The notes beneath the pieces were generated by a model. It searched no databases and was not told the DNA's origin. It worked only from the letters and a program-made list of their open reading frames with translations. 64,000 nucleotides of DNA from a virus. Lineage: Duplodnaviria; Heunggongvirae; Uroviricota; Caudoviricetes. This document shows, one piece after another, positions 39,009-49,952 of this stretch (positions are counted from its first letter, which is position 1; each line of letters starts with the position of its first letter). Location of the stretch: positions 271,223-335,222 of IMG/VR virus record IMGVR_UViG_3300000976_000008. One strand, given 5' to 3'. The position numbers were made by a program, and so were the translations under genes.

Positions 39009-39290
39009 TAAAAAGTTTCCCGAAAGTAACAGTAAAAGGATCTGGGAAAGTATCCGCCCCACCATCAAAAGTGCTGGACACATTATCAAAAGTGGGGGAT
39101 ATAGTCCATTACTTCAATGGCGGTCATAAGCTAATTGGAGAACTTATAGAATGGGATGGAAGTACGGCGATAATGCTCGTGAAAGGTGAAATAGTCTCAA
39201 GATTACCTTAGAGGCTCCCTTTTGGCTTCCCTTGAATTCTAGATGTTGTATGCAACACGAATGCCGTACCCAAAAAGAAGCCAAGAGAGA

Positions 39291-40055
39291 CTATTTCACG
39301 AGGCTGAATTTTTTCTTCTTTAGAGGTTTAGCCATATCATCTATCAGCTTCTTAGCATCTGGCTCAGAAGTAGGTTTTCCCGCCTTTGGTGGCGGTTTTT
39401 TGGTTACTTGGGGTGCTGGGGCCGTCAAGGACTTAATCATTGGTTCGATAAAACGAATATCGAATCCGTATAATTTATTGTGGTGATAATCTGTATATAA
39501 TCCCACAACTTGACCGTCTTTATTAAGTATAGGCCCACCCAAGTCACCATCATTTGGTTTAATAGGGCAAAAGAAGTTTCCATCGCCAACTTGTAATGTA
39601 ATAGCACCAAACTTCGGACCGTGACCAAAAAGCCAAACATTTCCTTCTGGCTTCTTTTGAGATATCACTAACGGTTCAGTTATTCGTTTACTGAATTGGA
39701 CCAATGCAAGATTATGTTTCGCGTCAGTGTAAATTACCTTGCCGGTCACTGGTTTCCCATCGACGATGGTTGTAGCTTTATCGTCTCTCACTAAGAGATT
39801 GGCCGTTAGAGCTATGTCGGGTCTAACCATTACGGCAGATCCAGTTAAGAACCAACCATTCTTAACCTCGAATTTGATCTTGATAATGCTTCGCCATGGC
39901 TTTGAATCCTTCTTTACTTCAGGTGATTGTTGAGCAACTGCTGATGTAGTTTGGATCGGATCTTGTGACTCAGCATCGGAACCACCTGTCAACACCGCAG
40001 ATATAGTTGTTAGGAGCACAATAGCAAACAAGGCTAAACCCTTCTTACTCGTCAT
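39291..40055 (-). CDS. secreted trypsin-like protease homolog, catalytic residues substituted
   Basis: GSAV...LTANLL...NLALV...GDLGGPILNKDGQVVG. Confidence 0.75.
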   Translation of the reverse strand: MTSKKGLALFAIVLLTTISAVLTGGSDAESQDPIQTTSAVAQQSPEVKKDSKPWRSIIKIKFEVKNGWFLTGSAVMVRPDIALTANLLVRDDKATTIVDGKPVTGKVIYTDAKHNLALVQFSKRITEPLVISQKKPEGNVWLFGHGPKFGAITLQVGDGNFFCPIKPNDGDLGGPILNKDGQVVGLYTDYHHNKLYGFDIRFIEPMIKSLTAPAPQVTKKPPPKAGKPTSEPDAKKLIDDMAKPLKKKKFSLVK

Positions 40056-40148
40056 AAAAATCCCCTGGTAGTTCTCCTCTCAAATACACTGAAAGCCGTC
40101 AAGGGACTTCCCCCAACGGCTTTCAGTGAAGCAGAGAATTTTCGAAGA

Positions 40149-40592
40149 CTACGGGGTCCTAATGAACACTCCTCGTGTCTCTACCGGCAAAGTGTCAAAA
40201 GTGTTGCGAAATTGGGATGATCCAAAAACCCCATTTTTCACAACAATCTGACTCGGACTAAACTGCCGACCAAACTGAGTTCCATATTGAGAAAAACCAG
40301 AATTACCAACAAGAACTGGCTGATTCAAAAAAGCAACATTCCTACCACCAGCGAAGAACGACGTGGATTGAGGAACTTGAACAGCTTGTTGTATGACTCC
40401 AGAAAGAAACGGTGGAGCGTACGATTGAATCTGTTGCACTTGTTGAAATTGCGGTACTTGCACCTGCACTTGTGGAACTTGTTGTACCTGCACCTGGGGT
40501 GCTTGAAACACTTGTTGTGGCTGAACAAAGCATTGATTACCAGCAAAAGCCGGAGCAGCCATAACAATAATAGTAGCAATTAGTGATCTCAT
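40149..40592 (-). CDS. secreted Gln/Val-rich low-complexity protein
   Basis: signal peptide, QVQV repeats. Confidence 0.7.
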   Translation of the reverse strand: MRSLIATIIVMAAPAFAGNQCFVQPQQVFQAPQVQVQQVPQVQVQVPQFQQVQQIQSYAPPFLSGVIQQAVQVPQSTSFFAGGRNVAFLNQPVLVGNSGFSQYGTQFGRQFSPSQIVVKNGVFGSSQFRNTFDTLPVETRGVFIRTP

Positions 40593-40621
40593 AGTTCTTT
40601 TGGCGATTCGCCAACTCCTTT

Positions 40622-41650
40622 TTACTTTCCTGTAGACATAGCATTGAAAAGCAGCTTCATCTCATCAATGTTTAACTTAGAACCTGCAGAACCGTCAGCA
40701 TTGCGAGGCATTCGAAGAGCAGCATCATCAGTAACAATTCGATCAAGAACAGATCGTTGTTGACTGTCATTGATAGCTACTTCAAGGTTCAAACCACCTT
40801 GAGCACGTTGATTCCCGTGACAAGAAACGCATCGTTGCTTCAGAAGATTCGAAACATTTGTATTATTTGAAGTATCCGAAGTGAGAAGACTAAAATCTTG
40901 CTTAACAGCTTGAGGTTGCCCATGTCCACCACCCATCATTCGGGTATGTCCACCACCTCCACTGTTCTTGATTTGCTGCACGCTCATGTTTCCATCGCTA
41001 CCCTGCATCACTCGAAACTCGAATGATCTCTGAATAACTGCAGATTTATCACCTTGTGTCATCTCTAAAGCCATTCTAGCAGCTTGGCCTTGAGCGATAA
41101 TTTTAGCGACATCTGAACGGTTTTGACCTTCAGATTGAACAAGAGAAGCAAAGTCTGTTGCAGCTTGACCGGCGAGTTGTTGAGCCTGGTCTGTCAAACG
41201 AGCTGCTTGGTTGTAAAGCAAACCCATGTCCAAGTTACCCTGAGCTTGGGTAACTGACGAGTAGCCATAAACGGTTTGGCCTTGGGCAGCAATCGGTTGA
41301 GTGTAATTGACTGGAACCGGGATACCGACTAGATTGTTTACAACCGTAGTCTGTGCTTCAGTCTTTACTACCGGTGCCGGTGTGACAATTTGTTGTGCTG
41401 GTTGCACATAATTATTCACAACTGGCTGTGCTGGCTGCACGTAGTTGTTAACTACTGGTTGCTGCACTTGGATTTGGGGTTGGACATATGGCTGTTGGAC
41501 GACTTGTTCTGGCACGAACTGTCTTTGGTAGGTGAAGCCGCAACTATTCGTTGAACAGGCTACCTTTTGCCATTGCCAATCGGCCTGTGCCGATTCTGAG
41601 AATGCTAAGCATGATGCTGTAGCGAGAACTAAAAACATGATCTTCTTCAT
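40622..41650 (-). CDS. secreted protein with C-terminal planctomycete-type cytochrome c domain
   Basis: signal peptide; LLKQRCVSCHG...GGLNL...MP (CxxCH plus axial Met). Confidence 0.85.
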   Translation of the reverse strand: MKKIMFLVLATASCLAFSESAQADWQWQKVACSTNSCGFTYQRQFVPEQVVQQPYVQPQIQVQQPVVNNYVQPAQPVVNNYVQPAQQIVTPAPVVKTEAQTTVVNNLVGIPVPVNYTQPIAAQGQTVYGYSSVTQAQGNLDMGLLYNQAARLTDQAQQLAGQAATDFASLVQSEGQNRSDVAKIIAQGQAARMALEMTQGDKSAVIQRSFEFRVMQGSDGNMSVQQIKNSGGGGHTRMMGGGHGQPQAVKQDFSLLTSDTSNNTNVSNLLKQRCVSCHGNQRAQGGLNLEVAINDSQQRSVLDRIVTDDAALRMPRNADGSAGSKLNIDEMKLLFNAMSTGK

Positions 41651-43497
41651 TTGGATCTCCTCTGCTCTATCTTTGTTTGGGATTCAAGAGTTTTCATGGC
41701 ACGGAAAGCCGCGTCAGGGTAAACTTGTTCCCACTGAAGTCTATTGATCGATAACCCAGCTTTTAGAGCACCAATAATTGGGTCTTCTGGGCTAATTCCA
41801 ATAATATCCCTATTCAGCTTCGGCAGTATCTGGTTGATCTGATAAACTGCCTGGTTCCTCGGAACAACAAACCCTAATTCTAAACAAGCTTGTGTAGGGT
41901 CTACTAAGTCATAAACATAGTCCCCATAGATATTTGACACCAATAATGATACTTCAGGAACCTGCATTCCATTAGTAGCACGATAAACGGCATCAGTATA
42001 ATCGTTTCTTGCTCTCCTTATAGGTTTATCTAAATCACCAGAGTATAGACCAGATAATCTGTCTAATTGTTCAGAAATCGTAGTTTTACTTGATAAATCA
42101 CCGAAGATATCAAGTTGTCCCTTCATCATAGTTTGGACTTCATTAGCAAAAGGCTTGAATCCCTCATCGGGGCCATGACATCTGATACAACTGATAGCAG
42201 ACTGTAATCTTCTAGGATGCGGAGTAGGAATTGTATGGTCAGCGGCAATGTTTGGAGGAACCTCATCTTGCAAAGCACCATTTGAATCGAACAAAACGAA
42301 AAGATGCAAACCGTTCGAACCGAATTCACCAGCTCTTTCTGCAATTACCTCTCGTGCCCTATCCTTGAATTCCAACAGATTCCTAAACGGATCTCTCTGC
42401 GGATCAGTGTCATTATCGAAGGCATCGTGTGTTATAGTGATAAGACCAGTACCAGCCCCAGGTCTCACACCTTGACCTTGGAAGAATTCCAATTGGCGAG
42501 CTTTACCAGTAACCAATGACCTAAACATTGCAGCTCTTTGGTCGGATCTTAGATTTTCAACTATTTGTTGGCTCGCACCTAAAGCTCTAAGAACAATATC
42601 TTGATCTGATTCTTTACTTCCTGCTTTCTTGGCTCTGCTAATAATTCCTCGTATACCACTAAAGTCATAATATAATCCCCCATCGATAGAGGTCAATACT
42701 CTGACTAAAAAGAAGTCGTATCTTGAGATCATCGCATTACTTTGACCCATCCCTTGGAGCATTACTCCACTGGCTGGGTTTACGTGTGCTCCATAAACTG
42801 GAACTAAACCGACATTTTTAACGTTGAGCTTTTGTTGTATCCATTCTCCATGTTCTAGGATATAAGTCACATTAGTTGATGATCTGAACCATATATCATT
42901 ACCAACTTTAAATCTCATTGAACCTGGCGGATCATTTATTCGAGATTTAATGTTTATGGCGTTAGGCGGTAGAGCATCGGCAGTGGTTTTAGTGATATGG
43001 AAGTATGGTTCGAAAGCCAGTTTTTCCCAGAGTTCATGCAATTCAGCGTAGTGTTCTTCTCTTGGTGCCAGTCTTCTTAGGTCATATCGCATTAGGCGAC
43101 CACCTGCGACTGATTCTGGCTGGATTATACTGCTGGCTCGTGATACTGCGGTATTGACGACATAATTCATTGCTGAGAATTTACGTCGGTCGCCATCAGG
43201 TATCCAGATATATCTCTGGTACGGTCGGGAAGCACGTGGAAGTGTTTGCATATCTGCAAGGGCAAAAGCCATTGCGTCTCTGGGGTGCGGAGCTGCTGTT
43301 AGTTCACCAAACTGGACTGTTTCAGTTTGGATTCTTCCAGGAGATACTAAATCGAAATTCGGATTAATTCCTGTGGGGCCAGTCGCGGGTCCAGCACCAC
43401 TAGGATCTACTAATTGAAAATCTCTTTGTTGCCCATGGACAGAATCTACAACTATTAAGCTCGCAGCTACGACGAATAAGTATGCGATCTTTGACAT
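41647..43497 (-). CDS. large secreted c-type heme protein
   Basis: signal peptide; SCIRCHG CxxCH motif. Confidence 0.8.
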   Translation of the reverse strand: MSKIAYLFVVAASLIVVDSVHGQQRDFQLVDPSGAGPATGPTGINPNFDLVSPGRIQTETVQFGELTAAPHPRDAMAFALADMQTLPRASRPYQRYIWIPDGDRRKFSAMNYVVNTAVSRASSIIQPESVAGGRLMRYDLRRLAPREEHYAELHELWEKLAFEPYFHITKTTADALPPNAINIKSRINDPPGSMRFKVGNDIWFRSSTNVTYILEHGEWIQQKLNVKNVGLVPVYGAHVNPASGVMLQGMGQSNAMISRYDFFLVRVLTSIDGGLYYDFSGIRGIISRAKKAGSKESDQDIVLRALGASQQIVENLRSDQRAAMFRSLVTGKARQLEFFQGQGVRPGAGTGLITITHDAFDNDTDPQRDPFRNLLEFKDRAREVIAERAGEFGSNGLHLFVLFDSNGALQDEVPPNIAADHTIPTPHPRRLQSAISCIRCHGPDEGFKPFANEVQTMMKGQLDIFGDLSSKTTISEQLDRLSGLYSGDLDKPIRRARNDYTDAVYRATNGMQVPEVSLLVSNIYGDYVYDLVDPTQACLELGFVVPRNQAVYQINQILPKLNRDIIGISPEDPIIGALKAGLSINRLQWEQVYPDAAFRAMKTLESQTKIEQRRSK

Positions 43498-43527
43498 GAT
43501 TCAATCTCGATCTTTTTCATGATAATC

Positions 43528-44013
43528 CTATCCAAAAGGGTCAACCCAAGATAAGACATCACCAGTTACGACACCAACTGGTATCCCATTAGCGTCCAGA
43601 TCTCCCCACACAACGTCGTCGGTTGAGTCATCTGGATTAGCCCAATGGGGGCCATCAATAACAATGAATTCCACCTCATCTGAAACAGAACTGTCTAAAT
43701 GATGCAAGAATGGGTCGGACGGACCTTTCTCGCATGGGAAATTCATTTGAATATAATCTTCGAAATGAGACTGTCCTTCAGCTACTATCTCATATCCGTC
43801 CTGTATATATCTAATAATCTGCCTTCTTACAGATATCATTCCTTTGCGAAATAGAACTCCATTCTTGACGAACCCCTGTGGTTCCTCACCAATGATAAAC
43901 GGGGTTCTAATAATTGTAGTTATATCGATGTTACCATTCACAGTCTCCCAATCAACTTGGTACTGTTGCTCGTACTCATCGCTATAAAAGATACTATTAG
44001 AACTAGCAATCAT
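43528..44013 (-). CDS. acidic hypothetical protein
   Basis: 161 aa ORF divergent from the baseplate gene. Confidence 0.6.
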   Translation of the reverse strand: MIASSNSIFYSDEYEQQYQVDWETVNGNIDITTIIRTPFIIGEEPQGFVKNGVLFRKGMISVRRQIIRYIQDGYEIVAEGQSHFEDYIQMNFPCEKGPSDPFLHHLDSSVSDEVEFIVIDGPHWANPDDSTDDVVWGDLDANGIPVGVVTGDVLSWVDPFG

Positions 44014-44106
44014 GAAATATCTACGTAGATTACCGCAACCAGAGTCTCATTATTAGTTTTGGTCGTCAATATCTAAAGATCGAAACCAATAATTGAAAGT
44101 AAATCG

Positions 44107-47100
44107 ATGGCTGAATTAAAAGACCGGAACAATCCGAGTTTTTCACTGTTTCCCGTCAACAACAATAGAACAGCCTGGAAACCCTTCGGACTACCAGTAA
44201 TACTAGTAGTTCCACATATGCGAACCGCCGAAGGCGTAGGAATCGCCAACAGCCACGTTTCGAACGTCCGCATCTTCATAGAAGACGTACCAAGAGAAGC
44301 AAGAGTAGCCGGACACGACCACGTAGGGCTTCGTTTCCCCGATCGAGAATTATACGCAGAAAGTATCAATGCCCTAGAACTAGCAGATAGAGTAATTGAT
44401 GTCAATAACCTCGAAATAAGAAATGCTACAACCAACGAAATCGTAACGCCAGAAGATGCTAGAAGCGGAGATATATTCTCCTACACTACAGCAACAGGCG
44501 TGTCAGATACACTAGAATATCGAGTCGGGGCCACATATTACGACCTGTCCGACATTTTAATCGACGTCGAACTACTCCCATCTGATGACTATAATCTTGT
44601 ATATCATACAGAATATTTCACAAGAGTAGTATCAACTGACGGAAGAGAAGATTTCCTCTGCATTGACACACTCAACGGTGCAATCAGCCTTCTCAAATTC
44701 CGAATTAAGCACCCAGGACCAGTCTTAGAAGAATTCTACAGACACACTCCACCACCATACCTCACTAATTCATCAAAGGCAACAGATACAACAGTAGAAT
44801 TGTATCGACCATTCACAGACTCATTACAAAACATCTCAGATGAGCAGGAATTATTAGAGTCAATTAACTGGGTTTTTAACGTCCCAGCCGAAGCAGTCCC
44901 ATACTTATCACAATTATTAGGATGGGACCTACCATACTTCCCAGAATCTCTTGATAAACTAAGACGTGCAGTTCTTAGAAGAACAGTAGAGTTTCAAAAT
45001 CTCGCTGGTTCCAGAAGAGCTATTGTCAATCTATTCAGATTATTTGGGTTTGAAATCCTCATAAGTAATCTGTGGTGGTCGTCTGATGGAAGAAGGTTCA
45101 TCAGACCACAAGAAAGATTGCCAGCCCCATATCAAGACGAAGAAATTAGCATCAAAGAACAATGTCAAATTGACATTGTTCTAGAAGGCTGGTCAAGCAA
45201 TCAAACGGGACCAATAAATCAACCTAGTTTCGGAGTCTTTGAAGTTCCACTCCTATTTAGACCACAAGAAGAAGTTGGTCTAGACGACTTCAATTCTATT
45301 AAGGATGGCGGAGATGTAACAATCGATGCATATGTCGTAGAAAGAGGAAGTGATGCAGAAGCAGCATTGATAGAGATTGCTGGTTCAATCAAGGCAGACC
45401 CAATTAATTATGGGCATGAAACAGGATGTGATGAAGAAATAAGTGGCTTCATTCACTCCAGAGAAATCACTGACAAATTAACAGGGAAGCAGATCGTAGG
45501 ATATAGCCAGATCCTAATATCTGGCAAACTAGGCAAAGGAATCGATGAGACTTTAGTCGGCCCAGAAATTCCGATTAGAAGAGAAGGCGTCAGATTCGAC
45601 CGAGAGAATAACAATTTAAGTATCAGTTTGAATCGCGTTATCGATAGCAGAAACACCGTTCTCTACTGCTTCGCAACTTACAAAAAACAGACATTAATCG
45701 TTCCTGAAGCTATTGCCCATCTTCAGAGTAACCGATTCGATGTCCAAATTCTCGCAGAAACACTAAAAGAATTTGCAGATCCGATAACCCTAGAATTCGC
45801 ATTAGAATTCTTGTTCAGATTGAAAGCCTTCCACAGTCTTCTTAATAAGATCGTGCTAAGAGTCGATCTAACTGAGACGTATGAGGTAACAGATCTGTGT
45901 ATCGGAGGAGACGTAGAACAGAGGTATGATACTGATATCGGGATGCTTCAAGTTCCGCCAGCCATCATCCCAGAAATCCCAACAGATATCAATGATTGCA
46001 CTAGGTTAGATGCTCAAAACTTAGGCTATAAAGACGAAGATATCACACTCCGTCTACGAAAACTGGCTAACATGCCAGAAGAGCACGAAATATGGAAATC
46101 TCTTGATGACAGAGAAGCTCAACAACCAAATGGAGAACGTCTAGGATTAGCACAACCAGCACCTGGTCGTGAAGAATGTAAATTCACTCATCATGGTCAA
46201 GATCGAATATCATCAAAAGCTGAGAGAATCGAATTAAGAGGTTCGCAATTCGGGCCACATCCAAATTCTGGGAATGGAGATGCTGGATTCTATAGAAATC
46301 CTGACATCTCTCCATCCGATGGCTCAATCAATGGTAACTTCGACGCAACAGGACCAACAGTCTCCTCAAATGGGTATAGTGGCGATTACGGTTTATTCAC
46401 TAGAGAGTATACCGACATCAGAGTGCCAATCTGCGAATTGGATGGCGTAACTGACTACTGTTATAAAGGTAGAGTAGACGACGAATTACTCTACAGACCA
46501 ACACTGGATCAGAGCGAATGGTTCTCCACAAAACCATGCAGCATAGCAATCGGAAACGGAGTCTACTGGACTTATCCGACTTACAGTGCAGTAACAAGAG
46601 CTGGCGTTTCTAGGCCATGCCCTAGCAGTAAAACTCAAAGACAGAGATTCTCTGGTGGTGCGAACGCTGGAAATATAAGGCACTTCCTATCAGGGTTCCA
46701 AGAAGAGTATCTTACAGCACCATATAACCAAAAACTGCCAAAGAAGAATGATAATTATCTCGGCAGGTTGTATAGAGATTATGATACTCCAGATAATCAG
46801 ACTCTGCATTTCACTAATAGGAAGCACGGATACGAAAACGATCAACGTCGTAATCTAGCCCTAGAAAGACCCAATTTAGGAATTGCTAAAGCTACATTGC
46901 ACCTTCCTGGCTGCAGATTCATAACGATGAATGCTTTAAAAGACGATTTTTCAAGTCCTGTTTGGGACGCTCGTCCTTGGGATGATCCACATAGCATGTA
47001 TTGTGGCCCGAGCATTTGTGGTGATCGAGAGCCCAAAATGCTTAATGTGACGAAAGAAATCAGGAGTGATGGAAATGAGTACCTCGTTTTTGATAATGAG

Positions 47101-47718
47101 CCATATACTGCACTTGGGAATGGTCTTGACCCAGATATTCCTTCTCTTGGCGATCATTTTTCGATTACAAATTTCACCGAAGATGATGTAATTCATAAAG
47201 TCTACATGAAGGATGCTGAATCTAGTCCATATGTTACTCTTGATTCAGTAAGTGAATATGGTACGGCGACGGATGGTACAATAAGAACAACGGAACCGAT
47301 GTTCACGAGTTTTAATGAATGTAACACTGGAATTTATTTGGATTTTGTTGATGGTTATGCCAGCGAATCAGGGTTTGTTCCGTATACTTCGGGATCTAGC
47401 AATTATCCGAGCGTCTTGCTCGCACTGGGTCTTGAACTCAATCTAACATCACCTAGTCAGATGTTGTTCTTACTTGGCTCAGGGATTTTGTTTGAAGATG
47501 GCTTGCGTCTTGATTGTGGTTGTCTCTTAATCGATTGTGGAACAGGTCAACCAGATGAAGGTATTTGTAGCACCGCAGATTTCATTGATTCAGATGGTGA
47601 GTATGACTGGGAACCTGATCATATGCAGATCACCCCTATACTGACCGAGGTCGAAAGTTTTGGCACACACTCCGCACAACTTGATGGAGCAATACCCTCA
47701 ATGCTCGAAACAATCTAA
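44107..47718 (+). CDS. large baseplate wedge / tail protein (P2 gpI-like domain)
   Basis: VPAEAVPYLSQLLGWD...RRAV...AGSRRAIVNLFRLFG...KAFH. Confidence 0.7.
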   Translation: MAELKDRNNPSFSLFPVNNNRTAWKPFGLPVILVVPHMRTAEGVGIANSHVSNVRIFIEDVPREARVAGHDHVGLRFPDRELYAESINALELADRVIDVNNLEIRNATTNEIVTPEDARSGDIFSYTTATGVSDTLEYRVGATYYDLSDILIDVELLPSDDYNLVYHTEYFTRVVSTDGREDFLCIDTLNGAISLLKFRIKHPGPVLEEFYRHTPPPYLTNSSKATDTTVELYRPFTDSLQNISDEQELLESINWVFNVPAEAVPYLSQLLGWDLPYFPESLDKLRRAVLRRTVEFQNLAGSRRAIVNLFRLFGFEILISNLWWSSDGRRFIRPQERLPAPYQDEEISIKEQCQIDIVLEGWSSNQTGPINQPSFGVFEVPLLFRPQEEVGLDDFNSIKDGGDVTIDAYVVERGSDAEAALIEIAGSIKADPINYGHETGCDEEISGFIHSREITDKLTGKQIVGYSQILISGKLGKGIDETLVGPEIPIRREGVRFDRENNNLSISLNRVIDSRNTVLYCFATYKKQTLIVPEAIAHLQSNRFDVQILAETLKEFADPITLEFALEFLFRLKAFHSLLNKIVLRVDLTETYEVTDLCIGGDVEQRYDTDIGMLQVPPAIIPEIPTDINDCTRLDAQNLGYKDEDITLRLRKLANMPEEHEIWKSLDDREAQQPNGERLGLAQPAPGREECKFTHHGQDRISSKAERIELRGSQFGPHPNSGNGDAGFYRNPDISPSDGSINGNFDATGPTVSSNGYSGDYGLFTREYTDIRVPICELDGVTDYCYKGRVDDELLYRPTLDQSEWFSTKPCSIAIGNGVYWTYPTYSAVTRAGVSRPCPSSKTQRQRFSGGANAGNIRHFLSGFQEEYLTAPYNQKLPKKNDNYLGRLYRDYDTPDNQTLHFTNRKHGYENDQRRNLALERPNLGIAKATLHLPGCRFITMNALKDDFSSPVWDARPWDDPHSMYCGPSICGDREPKMLNVTKEIRSDGNEYLVFDNEPYTALGNGLDPDIPSLGDHFSITNFTEDDVIHKVYMKDAESSPYVTLDSVSEYGTATDGTIRTTEPMFTSFNECNTGIYLDFVDGYASESGFVPYTSGSSNYPSVLLALGLELNLTSPSQMLFLLGSGILFEDGLRLDCGCLLIDCGTGQPDEGICSTADFIDSDGEYDWEPDHMQITPILTEVESFGTHSAQLDGAIPSMLETI

Positions 47719-48361
47719 TATCTGCTTCGTATCGATGCAACGGTCAGGGCATCATGCGATTCTAAATTGGATTGCTGGCCACTATGAAACTGCAAGAATA
47801 CGCAACGATATAAGTTCTCTCGATGAATCGAGAACTGTAAAGAGCAGTGGTGAGGGACATTGTGATATATCCAATGTCGAAGATCACACAATAGCTGACT
47901 CATTAAGTGTAATAAAAGACAAGCTAGAAACAGATCCTCTGATAATTCTCGTCGTCAGAGATCCATACAATCTTTTTGCTAGCAGATTATCAGCAAGATT
48001 CATAGTTCGCTCTGGTGATATCTCAGACCGATCAAAAGCGATGTGGATAGATCACGCTAAAAGTTTCATTGGCGGAAGATTTTTTGGAATCTCGTATAAT
48101 GAATGGTTCACAAACAAAGAATATCGGATGAAAATCGCCGAGAAGCTTAGCCTCGATTATAACGAAGATAGGCTACTACAAGTGCCAGGCTTCGGATATG
48201 GATCAAGTTTTGATGAAACCAAATACAACGATAACGCTAAATCAATGAAAGTTTTAGAGAGATGGAGACAGCACATTAAAAATGCAGAATATGCTGAATT
48301 CATCAGAGATGAAAACCTAACCAAGCTCTCAAGTAAGATATTCGATCCATGCTTCTTTTAG
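47660..48361 (+). CDS. sulfotransferase-family protein
   Basis: QRSGHHAI 5'-PSB loop, VVRDPYNLFAS 3'-PB motif. Confidence 0.75.
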   Translation: MAHTPHNLMEQYPQCSKQSNICFVSMQRSGHHAILNWIAGHYETARIRNDISSLDESRTVKSSGEGHCDISNVEDHTIADSLSVIKDKLETDPLIILVVRDPYNLFASRLSARFIVRSGDISDRSKAMWIDHAKSFIGGRFFGISYNEWFTNKEYRMKIAEKLSLDYNEDRLLQVPGFGYGSSFDETKYNDNAKSMKVLERWRQHIKNAEYAEFIRDENLTKLSSKIFDPCFF

Positions 48362-49134
48362 CACAAACCAATAGCGATATTGGTACCATTCCAAATGGTT
48401 TCAAGAGAGAGCTAGAGACATTAAAGATCTTCAGCTCAAATCACTCCATAGACGAAATTGAAGGCAGAAAAATAGATGTAAAAATCCTCGTCGGAAACGT
48501 ACCCCAAGAAGTCCTCAAAGAACAAAAAGACATACCCTATCTCTGGATGCCGTTAGGCTCGAAACAATATGAAATATTCGAACATGTATGCGGTGTAATA
48601 TCTCGAACCAAAGCAGAACAAGAAAAACTGCCATTCGAATCGACTTACATCAGACCAGTTGTTGCAGGAATATTTGGAGCTAAATCAGACCAAACAAGAG
48701 ATCTCGTGACCACCGATGATCTCTATACATCAAGAAGTCCACACTCCAAGGTAGTAAACACAGCTAGAGAATGTAAATTCCCAACTATTGTGACAGGCTT
48801 CCCAACTAAACAAGCAACCAGAAAAGATGAAGCCTATCAAATTAGACCAACTGTCACTCTACTGAAAGAGATCTACAGCAAATCCCGAGTTTTCATATGC
48901 GAAAATGTACGTCAAATCAACTCAGCACATGAAGCTTTAGCATGTGGATGTAGAGTAATGGTACATAATAGAGTAGATCTCGAAGGATCGGGAATAACAA
49001 AATATAATGACGAGACATTTATAGAAACAATGCAAAAGTGTTATAGAGCACCAATCATTGGCCAGCAACAAACCAGTAACGTTGAACAATTTCAAAACGC
49101 AATAGATTCCATCCTAGCTGAAATATTAGCATGA
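48349..49134 (+). CDS. GT-B glycosyltransferase-like protein
   Basis: EIYSKSRVF...HEALACGC. Confidence 0.6.
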   Translation: MLLLAQTNSDIGTIPNGFKRELETLKIFSSNHSIDEIEGRKIDVKILVGNVPQEVLKEQKDIPYLWMPLGSKQYEIFEHVCGVISRTKAEQEKLPFESTYIRPVVAGIFGAKSDQTRDLVTTDDLYTSRSPHSKVVNTARECKFPTIVTGFPTKQATRKDEAYQIRPTVTLLKEIYSKSRVFICENVRQINSAHEALACGCRVMVHNRVDLEGSGITKYNDETFIETMQKCYRAPIIGQQQTSNVEQFQNAIDSILAEILA

Positions 49135-49952
49135 CAATCCAAGATCGAATAAAATTCGCACACGCACATCCAGATTGCATTAAGACATGTGCACTAACAT
49201 ATAATAGCAAAGCAATACCTCACTTGGTTAAGACTGACATCTGGCCAAATGCCGCCTCAGATAACCTAATAGTCAGAGATGAACAAAACCAGAAAAGAGA
49301 AATCAGATCAAAAACCCTAATTAGATCTTTCATTACCGAAGGACTCAAAGGAAAGAAATTTCTAGACTTCGGTGCAGGAAATGATGTGACAGCAAGAGCA
49401 GCAATAGAAGCTGGAGCAAGCGTATCGGTCGCCTACGATAAAGTCCCATCGAAAGGTGTGACCACCAATTGGGAAGAAGTAGTTGAAAAAGGGCCGTACG
49501 ATGTAATATTACTCTTCGATGTGGTTGACCATCTAACTCATCCAGATGGTTCAATTCTAAACCCAAATCCTGATCAAATCAGTGCAGTCTTAAAAGAAGT
49601 TGCCAAAGTTCTCAAAAAAGATGGGACAGCCTATGTTAGGTGTCATCCTTGGACTTCAAGGCATGGTACACATTGCTACATGTCGAACAATAAAGCTTTC
49701 TCTCATTACATATCCGATACGTATGATGCAATTCCAACAATAAAAATCACAACGCCTGTAGGAACATATAAGAATAGTTTCACAAGAGCTGGTTTCAAAA
49801 TCCAGCAACAGAAAACTATTGAAAATCCGTTGGAGAAATTTTTCAATAGTGAAGCCTTTAAAAGCTTCAGCAGACACTATAGCAAAGCGAATGTTTGGAT
49901 GTTCAGAAAGATCATGACATTCACTTTCATTGATTACAAGCTCAAAAAATAA
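49131..49952 (+). CDS. class I SAM-dependent methyltransferase
   Basis: FLDFGAG, YDVILLFDVVDHL, RCHPWTSRHG. Confidence 0.85.
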   Translation: MTIQDRIKFAHAHPDCIKTCALTYNSKAIPHLVKTDIWPNAASDNLIVRDEQNQKREIRSKTLIRSFITEGLKGKKFLDFGAGNDVTARAAIEAGASVSVAYDKVPSKGVTTNWEEVVEKGPYDVILLFDVVDHLTHPDGSILNPNPDQISAVLKEVAKVLKKDGTAYVRCHPWTSRHGTHCYMSNNKAFSHYISDTYDAIPTIKITTPVGTYKNSFTRAGFKIQQQKTIENPLEKFFNSEAFKSFSRHYSKANVWMFRKIMTFTFIDYKLKK

